Source: Eledone cirrhosa
Lineage: Eukaryota
Direction of reading: 5' to 3'
NCBI GenBank assembly: GCA_964016885.1
Contig: OZ024740.1
Location: forward strand, 166,036,001 to 166,100,000
DNA: 64,000 bases
Part shown: one piece after another, positions 45,367 through 59,908 of the stretch
Layout of the letters: each line of letters begins with the position of its first letter
How positions within the stretch are numbered: the stretch's first letter is position 1
The notes under the pieces: generated by a model
What the model was told of the DNA's origin: nothing
The model's database searches: none
Seen by the model: only the letters and a program-made list of their open reading frames with translations
Position numbers and translations under genes: made by a program

Positions 45367-47769
45367 TGGTTGCTTACTGCAAAATGATTTCTGGGAGAAC
45401 ATGTTCCGTGCTGGTACGCGCGTGCACACACACACACTCATACACGCATTGTACGTACTCGAATCTACGAAGAACACTTTTACATGTTTGTTGAACTTCC
45501 TTAAAATTGAAATCAAACGCTTCCATCTTATAAACTGTACCAGCACAATCACCATCACCACCAACAACAACAGCATCACCAACAACAACAATAAAATCAT
45601 ATATACGCTTGAACACCCACATCGGAAGATTATAGGTGTAGTCATTGTAGCAGAAACTAGTGTAACGTTAGTAAAATTAGTACCCTTTTTTTCGCTACAT
45701 CAAACTTTCATAACAATACAATATTTATATATTCAAGCAGAAACCATAGCAGGATTATTGGTGGAACATGAGGAAATGCTGCTAACCTAGATTCTTTTAT
45801 AGTCATATTTAGGGAAGCTACTATCATCAATATAAGGAACGACTAATGTAAATGTGCTCCAAATAGCAATCTTATAGAAATCTGAGTGTAAAAATGATTG
45901 GTAGATAGATTAAATCAAAGGGAAGAACAAAATAAAGAAAAGCCAGCTAGCAAGAGAGTAAATAAATAAACAAAAACTGTATATAATAAGAGATGGGCAG
46001 AGATGGTTTAGAAACTGATAATGAATGAAAGATGTGTAATGTCTCGAAGCTATTCATAATGTTCGATCTTAACTTATTTCTTACTGCGTAGCAACTTATA
46101 ACCGTCTGTCAATATTTACTACCAATATGGCACTCATGTTGATTTTGATTATAACTTCTGCTGCTGGTAATTTGGCATCGTACCAAGACCTTCTTGTCGA
46201 ATCAAGTACTTGCTGTCTGCTTTCCTTCTCTTTTCAATTTAAAGGAAATTATTTTTCTCGAATAAATTCAAAATATATTTTTTTCTTTATTCCAGCATAC
46301 ATAACTTTTAATGAGAAAAGTGTTAGCTTTAGAAAATATATTACATAATGATTGACTGACAGCCATTAATTTAAAGACTGCATTGAAATATTGTTAGAAT
46401 ATTGTTTAGTTCTTTGGTTTTATATTTCTTTTTTTTTTGCTTAGCCACAGTTCAGCCCGCTGTTCCATACATGATAACCTCATCTTTTTGCAGACATAGT
46501 ACAACTCATATTACAATTTTCCATTGTATTTACTCAGCGTTCTATTTCCAACTTTTAGGACAAATTTGTAGGAAATTATAGATTTATCTGCTTAACTATT
46601 TCTAGCTGGTCAAGCAATACAGGAAAATGCCCCTTCGTTGACACGTTCGGTACCATTTTATAAGATTGCTGCTTCATCATTTCTAGTGTGATATATATAT
46701 TTGACTCTGTATGTTATTCTGTAAATGTTAGTGATGATGCTTTGTTTCTTTATTAGAAAGCCGCTCTTTCTTCATGAGAAAGATTCAATGAAAAAAGAAA
46801 GTCTTCTTGCATATGTACATACATACTTATATTAATGTATACACTGATATCTTACACAGATAGCTATATAGACACATGCATACACACATATTTATAGACC
46901 CTAGAGAAATACTTCAAAGTCTTATAGAATATTGTGTTAGGTGTAAGTAGAGGAACACATAATACTAACGTATGTTCTATGCAAAATATAGTATGTACAA
47001 TGAAGAACAATTACAGTGAAAATCACAAATAGAAAGGTAAAAACTAGATACGGTGTCTTGTAACATCAAATGTAAATGAAGCCCACCACGAAAGAAAAAT
47101 ATACACAACTCTTTGTAAGGAGAAAATTAAGAAACGATATTTAGTTTGTAAGTGCTTGGTTGTTCTTATATGAAACTAACCATTGTAAGGAACATCACAG
47201 ACATAATTCCAAGTAGATAACAAAAAGCAAAAGACCAACAAATGAGTCATAGCAAGAAAAATACCACGAAGAAATGTTAAGGAAACAGTAACAGCAGCAG
47301 CACACACAACTAACTTACCCTACCATTTCGCACACAATATAACAAGGGAATTAAACAAGTACATTTTCTCACGCTAACAATAACGCATGAGCTATGATGA
47401 CGACATTATTGACGAAGATGCTGGTTATGGCTGTGATGTTATTGAAGTTTAACAGCAGGTCAGTAATTATTAAAAACATTCCAGCAATCACAGCCGCGTC
47501 GTTTTGGGGATACATCCTTCCTAGGACTAAATTCTCAAAAGGAGTCTTGCATTTTATTGTTACGATAGTAGGGTGTGGTTTGAAAGAAATGTGATAGCTA
47601 TTTCTAGTAAGACGAGCCATTTCGTAAAGGTTTCCGCGTACATTCGAGGGTGATGGCCATAATAGCTATGATAACTGAGATGAAGACAGTGGCGATGGCA
47701 ATGGTGATGATGTTTATAAAGATATTGGGTTGCATTCATAAAAGCTTTTACAACTACAACGTAAAGAAA

Positions 47770-48148
47770 TCTTCTTCTTCTTCTTCTTCTTCTCGCAATT
47801 ATTCCTGGAACGGTCATACGAGCAAAGTCCTCAAATATTCCTTCAAGTGGGTTCTGTCAGAAGTAACCGTCTCCAACTGATCCCACTGGATCCCTAAGCG
47901 AGACCAACCAACCAATCTCATGGATGTCATCCAAACATCTTGCTCGGGATCTACCTCTGAGTTTACTTCTGGTTGGTTTTGCCCATTTAAATCTGTCCAG
48001 CCGTTCTTTCCTGAGACATTCTAACCGCATGTGATCTCTCAATTAGGAGAAGGAGTGGCTCTGCCTGGAACGATTCTCTGATCTCCGAGTTACGCACTCT
48101 ACATCGTAACATTATTCTAGCGACCCTTCGGAGGGACCCCATTTCAGC
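47770..48148 (-). mobile_element. 3' fragment of an RTE-like LINE with a possible (GAA)n tail, truncated at a (TA)n/family B insertion
   Basis: AEMGSLRRVARIMLRCRVRNSEIRESF..LLLIERS..VRM..R and RGRSRARCLDDI are typical of the RTE C-terminus. (TTC)n at 47771-47792. Confidence 0.65.
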
Positions 48149-48162
48149 GATATATATATATA

Positions 48163-48500
48163 TATTCAATGATATTAAATAAATGGAAACTATATTTATA
48201 AAACCATATGTATTCTATTATATATATTTCAAGGGTACCAACACATTGGTACGCCCTCATCAGATAAAATACAAAGTTTCTTTTATAAATATTGGCATAA
48301 CTAGAAAAAAATACCTTAACGGTTCAAGTTTTTCCTGGATAGTCCAGGAAAAACTTGAACCGTTAAGGTATTTTTTTCTGGTTATGTCTCTATTTATTTA
48401 ATATCATTGAATATTATATTCCAGAAAACTGTCGAGTGCTTTGAATCAGTTATAAACATTTATATTTGTTGAATTACCAACAAATTAAATATCCCTTTTG

Positions 48501-48503
<3 letters not shown>
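48163..48503. mobile_element. Family B element: one intact hammerhead arm, central hairpin, rearranged second arm, flanked by (TA)n
   Basis: Minus motif 48211-48271 reads TATTTTAT CTGATGA GGGCGTACCA ATGTGT TGGTACCCTT GAAA TATATA TA ATAGAATA. Hairpin at ~48295-48388. The inverted TATTTATTTAATATCATTGAA tail follows. Confidence 0.85.
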
Positions 48504-48562
<59 letters not shown>

Positions 48563-48986
48563 TATATAAGGTAATGGATTATTTTACAATGGAATTAGCT
48601 CGAAGGAGGAAAATACCCACTGAGCCGTGTATAAACTAATATGTATGTGATGAAACACAGATACCAACACATCTGTATATATATTGCAAAAGAAAATTTA
48701 GCCAGATTGAAGTATACTAATTATTATACTACAGTTTGTCCATATCGATTTAAAATAATAAATCAACAAAGACGAACTGCATTGCCAAGAGGCTATGATG
48801 TTTAGACACATTTAAATTTCAAAATCAAACCTGTTCCGTAGATAAGTTTAAACTTTAAAATCCAAATATGTTTCGAGTTAAATAATATATTTAAGTTTAT
48901 CCTGGGTTCAATCAGGGGTAACCACAGTAAATAAGGTACTCAATACATAGCAGAGTATAAATATTTAATATAGAAATGGCTTTTAC

Positions 48987-49027
48987 AAGCCTACAACTGT
49001 TTCATTCGGGAGAAATCCTCAGGGCTT
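48987..49027 (-). ncRNA. Minimal type I hammerhead ribozyme, third sequence family (C)
   Basis: Minus strand reads AAGCC-CTGAGGA-TTTC(TCCC)GAAT-GAAA-CAGTTG-TA-GGCTT. Stem I is a perfect 5 bp; the first stem II pair is mismatched. Confidence 0.7.
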
Positions 49028-50438
49028 CCTGGTGATTTCCTGTAGAAGTCATTTCTATATTATATATATAAATTTGTGGACTTATAGAGAATATTGCAAG
49101 TATAGAAACAGTAAGGATGTTTGGAAAAGAAGTCGGTATGGTCGGAACTGGAATCTTGTGAACATAGATTTGAATAGTAAAGGCCACAACAACATGTATT
49201 TCAACAAGACAGAAAGACGTAAATCCAAATATATCCCAAAGGAGAAACAGATAGGAGAAAGAAAACAATTAACCAAGAAAACCAAATGAAATGCTACACA
49301 AATAAAGGGCTAAAAGTAACATCTTACAAAAGATGACAAAAGTAAATACAAGAAAATCGTTAAGTCACTATTAGACATTTATACACTGAGAATAATGTTC
49401 GCAGCTATACGCAAACGTTTCGATGTAGAAACATTATACCTTTATATAGCTCTTTAATAAAATTGATTTCTTTTCAACATTAAAGTGCTCGTTGATACCC
49501 ACTGGAATATCAAATCATTTTAGAATGAAGATAGTTGAATATGAACTGAATTTGGAAAGACTACATTGCACATATGAACTGAATTTGGAAAGACTACATT
49601 GCACTCCTGTTGTTTTTGATGCTGTCTAAAATCTTGTATTAACAAGCATACGTAAAGCAATATATTTGGGCTTTCTCAAAACAAATTAACATATGTTCAA
49701 AGCCCAGAAAACAAATATATATAAATCGATGTTCGCATATCTAACGATATTATTCGTGCTAACAATGGTTTCATAACTTAACAAAACATAACTCATGAAA
49801 TTTTTGTTGTACGATTTGAATCAATGTGTACATATAATTATTATCATTGTTATATAATTATCTATATAAATAAATATTATACTTTATATGTATATATAGC
49901 GTTTCTTGTTGACATTTTCGCTATATCTCCACTCACCACACTAGCACACTAGCAGAAGAAAACATCAGAGGATGAAATTTGCCTTTAGCTAATTCGTAAG
50001 TTTCATAAACTTAAATGATACTTGATATGCGAAAGAATTGAAAAACACGGTATTTAAATACCATTTTCGATATGATAAATTACTTCTCATATAAACGTTC
50101 TTATTAGCCAGTTATTAACAAATGCCATTCTAAGTACTGCTGGATTATATCCTACATTCATGTTTACTAAAATCTTCTGGTTTCTAATCATTCCATTCAA
50201 TGATACTCCCTTCTCTCCATAATTAAATGTAGAGGATAAATAACGGGGTAAATTGGCTTCATGGAATTAATAGTACATGCGAAGATTAATTCAGTAAAAG
50301 AAAACACCTATGCTTCTGAGTTCAGCACTTATCCAAGTAGAGACAGTTCTTGATCTTATATTCTCATGTATCAATTTAATTAAATTATATTGGTTCATCC
50401 ACACATATACGAAGACCATAGATACACAAGCCATATAA

Positions 50439-50495
<57 letters not shown>

Positions 50496-50831
50496 CGTTT
50501 CTCCATATTAGAATGGGGTGGATATTTCTTTGAGGTAGATTGCGCAATCGGATATCCTCCCCATTTGCAATCGGATATCCTCCCAATTTAGTCGCACACG
50601 CGCAGTGAGGGAGAGGCAAGAGAAATAAAATTAACTAACGTGTTCTATCGCTGTACTACTCGCTTTTTGTAAATTCTGAGTCTCATACTGCAAAGAATAA
50701 ATTTTTCCTAGACACAGCGGAGCAATGACGAAGAGCTACTGTTCAAAAATGTCAAAATTTAGAAAGAAAACAAAGTAAAATGTCATCAGATTGTGAAACA
50801 TTGCGTTTAAAGTGATTTGAATAAGTTATTA

Positions 50832-50990
50832 ATTGTTTCTACTTTTGGCACAAGGCCAGCAATTACCCCAGTGCATTTCTGGTACTTTATTTTATCGACC
50901 CCGTAAGGATGAAAGGCAAAGTTAACCTCGGCGGGATTTGAACTCAGAATGGCATGTCGTCCGACCCTCTACCGATACTGCCAATCCACC
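50832..50990 (-). mobile_element. Nin/Deu-domain SINE copy with an internal deletion
   Basis: Near-identical to 20511-20690 apart from a ~25 bp deletion. Confidence 0.85.
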
Positions 50991-51561
50991 AATAGCTCGG
51001 TTCTTCCACGTGATTTTCATAAATATTTTCATTTCATTGTAACATATTTAAAAGCCAGTATATTGCATCATTATGAAATGTAGAATGAATCTTTTGTTGA
51101 AAACATCACAGAAAACCATCTTCAACTCAACTTTTCGTTGATGTTATGTTTTTTTTCTTTTTTTTTTTGTCTCTTGTTGAACTCTGATTGAGCCACATAG
51201 CCTCGATATTTCCATAGTTTTATTTTACAGTCATGTTTTGTTTAGACCTGTAGCAGCTATTCTCCCCATTTTCTTTTTTCGGTCGATACTGTGTGAGTGA
51301 TATAAAGAATTTGACTGATGACACTAGTCGGTCTAACGACCACGTTGTTTCCAGTCACGTTTTTCTTTCTAAAATATTTTGAAACAAATGTCAAATTCCC
51401 AAATTGTAATGTTATTGAATAACAGAACTATTTGTAGTATTAATAATTGTAGAGGCGGTGATTGTTGTGATTATATTACTGATGATGATTATTACCATTA
51501 ACGTCATTAAATTCAACATTATTATCACCATTTAATTAATCATCATTATTAACAGCACACC

Positions 51562-51748
51562 GGTGGATTGGCAGTATCGGTAGAGAGTCGAACGCCATGC
51601 TTTCCAATATAGTTACGTCCCTTTACGGTCTGCGTTCAAATCCCGCCGAGGTTCACTTTGCCTTTCATCCTTACGGGGGGTCGATAAAATAAAGTACCTG
51701 TAATGTACTGGGTATTTGATGGCCTTGTGCCAAAAGTGGAAACAATTA
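51562..51748 (+). mobile_element. Near full-length tRNA-derived SINE with a Nin/Deu-type central domain
   Basis: A-box TGGCAGTATCGG, B-box GTTCAAATCC, central GCCTTTCATCCTTACGGGG.TCGATAAAATAAAGTACC, tail GGCCTTGTGCCAAAAGT.GAAACAATT. Many relatives in the window. Confidence 0.85.
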
Positions 51749-53955
51749 TGTAGTATTCAATTATGTTTTGTAAGAAATGACAATATAAACAATAAAATAA
51801 AACCACTCAACGGGACATAATAAAAGCAACAACAATTCGATTAAGTATAGAAACATAAACATCAATAGAATTCATCATCCGACACGACTCATCATACAAT
51901 CTAAGCGAGAACTTATCGTTCCAACCCAAACGAGTCTATATCTCATAGGGGATTTGCGAATGTATTAATTATAAGGGCTCCTCTGATCTTATCATATCAA
52001 CATTTTTCCAATGAAAGGTGGGGCTTTGATATTAGAACCCACAGAACCAAAACGAATACCACAAATTTATCCCACCTAACGTCTCTGACTAATAAATTAT
52101 ATATCGATTCTGGAAGAAAGATAAGTAAAATTATATTTTGTCAAGAGAAGGAATAAAAGCAGTTTATATAAATAAGAACTCGTAACAGCAGTTTCCTTGT
52201 TTAGAATAGCAAGTTGATTTACTAGGAAATATATATTTATAGCTTTCCTTCTAGTGAACAATTCTCTTTGCAGCCTATCAATCTATTAGGTATACCGATG
52301 GAATCTTCTGCAAACTGCACCATATCATCGTAATATGAAGAGGGACATATTGGACTATGTCCTAATAACACGCTGCTGTAAACATACACGATCTTCATGA
52401 CTATAATAATTAATTTGAATTGACATAGGACTAAATAACAACAATAACCATTGTTGTTCCTAAATCATAGTTATGGCAAATAACAAACAATATTATAAAC
52501 AATAACTTGTCTTTTCAAAAACTAATGCATTTACGGTAATGATATGGAACAATAACAATTTCTCCACTATTTCAATTATTCGAAACAGAGCTATGTATAT
52601 AGGGAGGAAACTCGCACTAACGTAGTGTAATGAACCAAGACATTTTGATTACGTTAAAATCGAATCCATAGTGAGAACGCGTAGATAAAATCATTAGATA
52701 AATGTTAAATTCGTGTCAAGAAAGACAAGGGTGGAACCTCCGTAATTAAAGAAATTATGATTAATGAAAAAATAAAATAAATGTAAGCCTGCTGTGATGA
52801 GTGAATCTGATGTAATGCGGCAGTAAGGTGACGTTTCGGTCTTATTAAAGAGCTTCTCGTCGAAGCCTTACAGATTCAGTTTTTTTCACATCCATCCTTC
52901 GTCACTACAAACCTCATCTTATTTCGACACTATGTTTTACATACAGTAAATGTTTTCTTTATTTCCTGGAGTCATTTTGTCTTCTCTTTTATTTTTATTT
53001 TTTCTGAAACGAATATAAAATCAAATTTTGTGATAGATATATCAAGAACATTAAAACATTATTTCAGTAAGCAGGCATGACAAGACGAGTTTCTTGTTGT
53101 CTTCAGCGCAGATTAAAATATACTGTGTTCAAAGAAGAGTTAAATGTACAAAATTTGCCATTTTAGTTTTTACATATTTTTTTTCTCTAAATAACTCGGC
53201 ATTATTTTTCTGTAATTCTCTGAGGGAAATTTCTGTGCTTTTATTATTATTCAAAAAATAGAAGAAATTCACGGAATTAAGCCTACGGTTGTAATCCCCA
53301 TTCGCTCACCTCATGTGATGCAATGTTATTTTCACTTTTCTCTATTTTGCTTTAGTTTTTATTTGCCTTGTAAATATTTTCTTGTTCCACATGAGGATTT
53401 GTGGATTAATATCATTATCCATACATAGTACAAAACCAACAATACGTACATATATGTAAAAAAGTCATTATTTCTTTTTTTGACAGACAAACACACGTAT
53501 GTATGTATGTATGTATGTATGTATGTATGTATGTATGTATGTATGTATGTATGTATGTATGTATGTATGTATATATATATATATATATATATAGTCCCTT
53601 GCTTAGACACAGAAAGAAGTGAAAATAGAAATATTTCTGATGTTTTTCTTTATCATTCCGTTGAATTAGTTTTAAGGTTTACAGAGCGCTTACTTATTTC
53701 TCCTTCTATGTGTGTGTATATATATATATATATATATGTTTGTGTGTGTGTGTGGATGTATTTTTATACATGTATGTATATATAATTCAGATAGTCGGTG
53801 ATACGCTGATTGACGTACAGTGAATAATCTCACCGATTTGAAATTTTCTTTCTTGTAAAAACATATTTCCACACAATTGTTCTTCTTAGTCTTTATTCAT
53901 TTGTTATTTTTTCTTATTTATAAATATTTTCATTTGGCTCCTATCTGTTTTAAAG

Positions 53956-54122
53956 GTGGTTAAATAGAAACAACATGCCAATTAGTGAAACGGGTATGAT
54001 CCGAGTGGAAGGCAGCACTCTTGTTTTCGAAGACCCAGAAGAAATTGATACTGGAAATTATACATGTATAATGAGTAACTCTGCTGGTGAGAAGAAACAA
54101 AATGTCTGGATTATGATTTCAG
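53956..54122 (+). CDS. PTK7: Coding exon, C-terminal half of the Ig domain (approx. Ig4) of the PTK7/otk-like gene
   Basis: TTTTAAAG acceptor and CAG|GTAATT donor. Translates as WLNRNNMPISETGMIRVEGSTLVFEDPEEIDTGNYTCIMSNSAGEKKQNVWIMIS with the I-set W and DTGNYTC. Phase 2 in, phase 1 out. Confidence 0.9.
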
Positions 54123-56152
54123 GTAATTATCGATTCTATATAATATGTGTTGGTGTGAAGCCTTAATGCAAGCAGCATATGTAAACAAAATATGGGAATA
54201 TAATATTTCTTTTCACTTTATTTGTTCCGTTTGTGCGTTGGGTCTCCCTCCATACCGGCGCCAGTGTTCTATACGTTGCTCGTGTAACTTATGTGCGATT
54301 GGCCGTGTCTAACAATGCTGGCCGTTTCCAATTGAAACACAGTCCCATCAATTTGAGAATAGGAGGAAAATCAATTTTATTAACCCAAGCACTTCACTGG
54401 TTCTTTATATTCTTGACATCCGAATGTGTCAGGCAAATTTGACTAAGGCGAAATCTGAAATCAGAACGTAAAACGGCATAACTCTATATCGCTTAGCAAT
54501 ATGTCTGACACTAGCTAATTTCCAACAGCAGCAATCAAAAGAAAATACCAACAGCAACAGTAACAAGGATAACAACAACAGCAACAAGAAAAAAGAAGTG
54601 AAAGAAAAAGAAAGCGGTGTAGGAGAAAGAGATGAAAAAAAAAATAAAATTAGTGTAATTCTGTTACTGTCTTTAATACCGTTACCGTATCTTTATATCA
54701 TAATGCTAATATTTTTCGAAGCGAAATGAAGCTCAAAAAGAAATAAGGTTATTAAAAAATATGTAATCGCTATGGCAAACAATGCTTCCAAATCTCAAAT
54801 AACGACGACAGCTTGTAAAAGAAGAACAGAAGGATGTAGTTACGCATATTAATAGAAATCGCTCCACGAATGCGACACGATTATTGCAATCACTTCTAGC
54901 ATGTTTCAGGAAAAACGTTCTCTCTCACATCTACACATGTTGATCACTTGCTGCTGACGCTGTTGCTGCTTCTTCTACTTCCGGCTTTCTACATTAACGC
55001 TTTACTTATTTCATTAGATTCTTGCTTTTGCCGCCGGCCATTCTACCAATAGTCTAAAAATTTAACTGATCTCTCCTAACACCGGAAGTAACAGAAATTT
55101 GCTGATTAAAACTAATCGCAATTTGAAGCTTAGCAATAAGTTACATCTACTCGGCAGCCCGGCCCTCCGTCGGTTTAGAGAATAAGGATTGCGGCGTTAT
55201 TACTTTTTCAGTTATATTGTGGAAAAAGTAAATTTAAATTCACCATTATGTTGTTTATCAGCAGCTATGATTTTGTATTATACATACAGAGGTTGTAGGT
55301 TTCAGAGCAAGAGAATTGAAACGTTGTGGTGTTGTGGTGTTGTGGTGTTTTACCCAGAGCATGAGTAACATAAGTGACACTTAAATTAACAATTTGGATT
55401 CCAGAATATATCAGGCATAGATCGATCTAGGTGATTTGAACACTTTATGATTATTTGAAATATGTTCATGAGTATTCGCAACATTTCTAAATATCATTTC
55501 CCTAAATTCCATACTATCCGACGTTTAGTTTTCGCCGTAATGCAGTATATTCTAAATTTGCAAATAGATTAAAAAATGTTCTGATGTAAAAGGCAAATCT
55601 CCGATGGGTTTCATAAAAGTTTCCAATAATTACAATTTATAGCTTACAGCGGTCTGTGTGTTACGTAGGTTTCTCATTATTTCTTTTGAGTGGTTGAACG
55701 AAAATTGAAATTTTCAGGGCTTCATGTTATGATAATTTTTTAAATGTTTTGAATAACGGAATTTTTAATGCAAATAAAACAGCAATAATAACGATGCCAA
55801 CAATAAATATGAATGAAAACATCAGATTTCTAAATCATATTATTTCGAAAAACAAGTCGCTAATAAGTCATATTCGGTATTAATAGTGTCTTGTCTAACG
55901 CTGGATTGGCAGACTACTTCAAGCGTAGTTGAAATTGCTTTCCGGCATTTAGTTATGGCTCTTTACATTCAGAGTTCAAATCCGGCCGAAATCAACTTCT
56001 CCTTTCATTGTTCTGTGATCGATAAATAAAGTACCAGGAAAGTGCATGGCTCGTTATTAATTCAAAACTATAAATAGACCAAAGTACAAGTCTGAATTGA
56101 TTAAGCAGTGTGTCATTTTATTAAATTTGATATTATATTTCCTTTACTGCAG

Positions 56153-56292
56153 TTCCACCAATCATCATTAAAGTCCCACAACCACGCACAGTTAGCGAAG
56201 ACATGAGTGTTAGCTTCTCTTGCAAAGTACTCGGAACTCCGTACCCAGTGACCACTATATTTTGGACTCGAAATGACATCCCTATTGATCCG
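56153..56292 (+). CDS. PTK7: Coding exon, N-terminal half of the following Ig domain (approx. Ig5) of the PTK7/otk-like gene
   Basis: CCTTTACTGCAG acceptor and GTAAGT donor. Translates as VPPIIIKVPQPRTVSEDMSVSFSCKVLGTPYPVTTIFWTRNDIPIDP with the canonical B-strand C and C-strand W. Phase 1 in, matching the previous exon. Confidence 0.88.
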
Positions 56293-57375
56293 GTAAGTTG
56301 TAATCACCTTCCTCTCATATACTATATATTAACTTGTAACAGAATGTAGGAAATGTAAGAATAGACATTTGTAATACAGCCACAAGAATTCCTATTTGCA
56401 CGCTGGGAACTGCCAATTGGCAACATCGGATAGATTTGAGTTCAGAAATAGGAAACAACTAAATACATCATAATTATGATAATTCGGCTTTGTGGTCGGA
56501 TACTTTTGATTTCTTCGACTCATCCAGAACATTGTCATTTTCAAGTACAAAATCACTTATCTTTTTTTCGTCTAAATGTTTCGCGTCTGAAATTTTGTTC
56601 GTTGCAAATTACGAAATAGTGCATTCAAAAAAATGTCTATTGTTACATTCTATTGACAAAATGTTCCTCTTTGAAATCACTTGACCCTCTAGAAATAGCA
56701 GACGAATCTCCCTCAAACCAAACTTTAGCGTCTTAAATTAGGAAACGGCACATTACGGGATAGCTTATCGTAAATTTATGCGTTAAGTACGAGCAAATAA
56801 CCATTCAAATGGTAATCAGTTCAACCAGAATTGAGCCGGGGCTAAACATCAACTACAAACATGTCAAATAGTTGTTAACATTTGAAAGAACACAATAGCA
56901 TTTCCTCGGGTACATGGGACAAAAAGCTATGGCATGATATTATTTTAAATTAATTCTATAAGAAAACAATATATTTGGTAATGGTTTCAATTTCAAATCA
57001 ATTATGGCAAAGAGAGTTCATGTTGTAACTCAATTTAAATCTATTCTGAATTCCTATTTATCGTGAGTGCCACAGTGAAAAGTAAAATGTAACTTTCTGC
57101 TTTAGACACGATTAAATAACACGCACCCAGCCCTACCATTGCAAATACATATATTTAAACAGCTTGCTTTGTGAAACATGATTATCGTTTATACATACAT
57201 TTGGTTCAAAATCGTGAAGCATGTGATATAACACATTCCGTAATACGACTAAAATAGATACGGTTGTTATTTAAGTATCGTTTTTAAATTAAAATTTTAT
57301 CATGTATTATAGACTTTTTTGTTTCATGGGAATAGTCTGACAGTTTGCTGCTGTTATTTTAATCGTTATTTATGG

Positions 57376-57456
<81 letters not shown>

Positions 57457-58504
57457 TGTAATGCAGCTAATCAAAGTTCTCTATTTCTGTCAATAAGTCC
57501 ATGTTTGCATAATGGAGATCAGTTTTTATTTCTGCGTGGAATAATACAATTTCTCTTCTAGATATCCCTGGTTACATATCTGGCTCTTATAGTCAATGGT
57601 ATTTAGGTCAAAATAATAGTACCATAATAACAGATGATGATGATGATGATGATGATGATGGTGAGATGGTGATGACGATGGCGATGATGAGGAGGAGGGA
57701 GAGGATTATAGCGAGGACGATGTTTCGGCTAAAGATGACAGCGACGTTGGGGATTGAAGGTAGTGTTATTCTTGGTAGTCATCATAGTCGTGTTAGACAT
57801 ACGATAAGGTTTAGGATTGTTAGGAATGAAGGCAAATGAATTCTTTACGGCTGGTTATTCAGTTCAGTACCTTTCTATCTTGAGTTCGACTCCTGCTGGG
57901 TTAGACTTTATCTTTCATAATCAATAAAAGAACTAACACATGCCGTATTTGTTGGTTTGGGGAATCAATGAAAGCTGTACTAAGCCTTCATGACTTTGGT
58001 GGCGTTTATAATTTTGCTATTTGGCACAGCATTCAAGGGTTTTCGGTGTCGAAAAACATGCAGTAGGACTCCACCTTGAAACATTTATAATCGATTATAC
58101 CGAACCAGTATTAGTTTGCTACGTATTTTGTGAATCATATTAAAACAAAATGGTGATGTCGAGCTGGCGCATAAGAACATAAAAGACGGAGCCAAATACT
58201 ACAATATACTGGATTATATTTATCCTAGAATTTTACTAGTGTTTTTATATATAAATGTTTTAAATGTTAATCTTAAGAATGTGCCAATGTGAAAAAGCCA
58301 TATTTTTCATATATCTAAATCAATACAACTGCCTAAACGAATGACTATACAAAAAGGCCCTCTTCGATATTCACCGAAGATTTCATCTGACCCCCTTAAC
58401 AATGGATGGTATATTCGAAATATAAGTAATATTGTCTCTGGTTCTTTCATTTCCTTTTCTGTTCACCTTTTCCACTCAACCTTACCTGAGGTTGTTGCCT
58501 GAAT

Positions 58505-58509
<5 letters not shown>

Positions 58510-58542
<33 letters not shown>

Positions 58543-58551
58543 ACACACACA

Positions 58552-58600
<49 letters not shown>

Positions 58601-58614
58601 ACCCACCCCCACCC

Positions 58615-58687
<73 letters not shown>
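58510..58687. repeat. (CA)n microsatellite
   Basis: Direct reading; others at 24443-24506, 59234-59310, 60458-60544 and 62239-62306. Confidence 0.95.
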
Positions 58688-58689
<2 letters not shown>

Positions 58690-59232
58690 CAAATAGGAAA
58701 TTAAACAAGAAATTCTGATAATACTGTGTAATGCAAACATGAATATTTCATCTGTGGCTTTATTGCATTCTTTCCCTCCAAGAACGATTATAATAATTAT
58801 TCATAATATGAAATACGTGATAATACACTGAGACGTGAAAAATGTCCTATTTAGTGACACAACATCTATTGCCTGAACACACGACTAGCCAAAGAGGCGC
58901 AAATCCAACTCTTACTCTCTTAAACAGGGATGGAGTATGTATTCAGGTTAATTAAATCGTGAATACATAATTGAAAGAAAGACGAAAGGATCAACGTCGT
59001 TAACCTCTTTGATCATAAGATCAGCTTAGAAAGAGCTGGGGCGAGGCCCTATACGCATATATACGCACGAAGAGCATGCACAGAGACACACATACATAGA
59101 CACAAACACACAGCAGCATACTTAATGTCAGCATTTTGAAGCAAGTGTGAAATGTTAAAAAAAATATAAATGAAAAAGAAATGTGGCGCAACAGAATGAT
59201 AAAGAAAAAACAAACACACACACAGACTGATA

Positions 59233-59304
<72 letters not shown>

Positions 59305-59788
59305 CACACAAAAGACGTGTAAAGAAGTAAGCAATAAGGATAACAAGTGTCTGAATATGTGAAAACGTGCGCGTTTAGGTATAAATTATGATGGGAAGGG
59401 AGAAGGTGTTATAATAAAGAGATAACTGTAACTTTTATTGAAGTCTCTCCACCCATACACATGTACACATACATACACACATACACTTCACACATATAAG
59501 CCTCATAGAAATAATTAAGCTGTACGATGACTACAAAATAAGCATCATAAAACTGTCAAGAAAGGGAAGTGAGATGCTGTTAAATCCTTTTAAAGATTTC
59601 TTACTCATTTCTGTTGTGGATCGGTCCGTTAGGTCTTTCATTAGAAAGGTGGCAATGGGGTGTGGGTAGAGATGAAAGGCAAAGACAGCTTCTTCCTCAC
59701 ACATGAAATGTATTATTATTTGTAAGCTATCATACTACTTTTTATTATATTACTTTTGCTTTAGTCTCTCGTTGTGTATGTATGTATG

Positions 59789-59824
<36 letters not shown>

Positions 59825-59874
59825 TGTATGTGAGTGTGTGCTTGTCTATATACGTATATATGTATGAATGTATG

Positions 59875-59908
<34 letters not shown>

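Noticed and set aside
49401-49451. Hammerhead-like AGCTATA..ATGT TTCT ACATC GAAACG..TATAGCT on the minus strand
   Set aside because: No CTGANGA half; at best an unrecognisably decayed fossil.
49539-49603. 33-bp direct duplication (a similar ~24-bp one at 50544-50590)
   Set aside because: Ordinary slippage duplications with no further structure.
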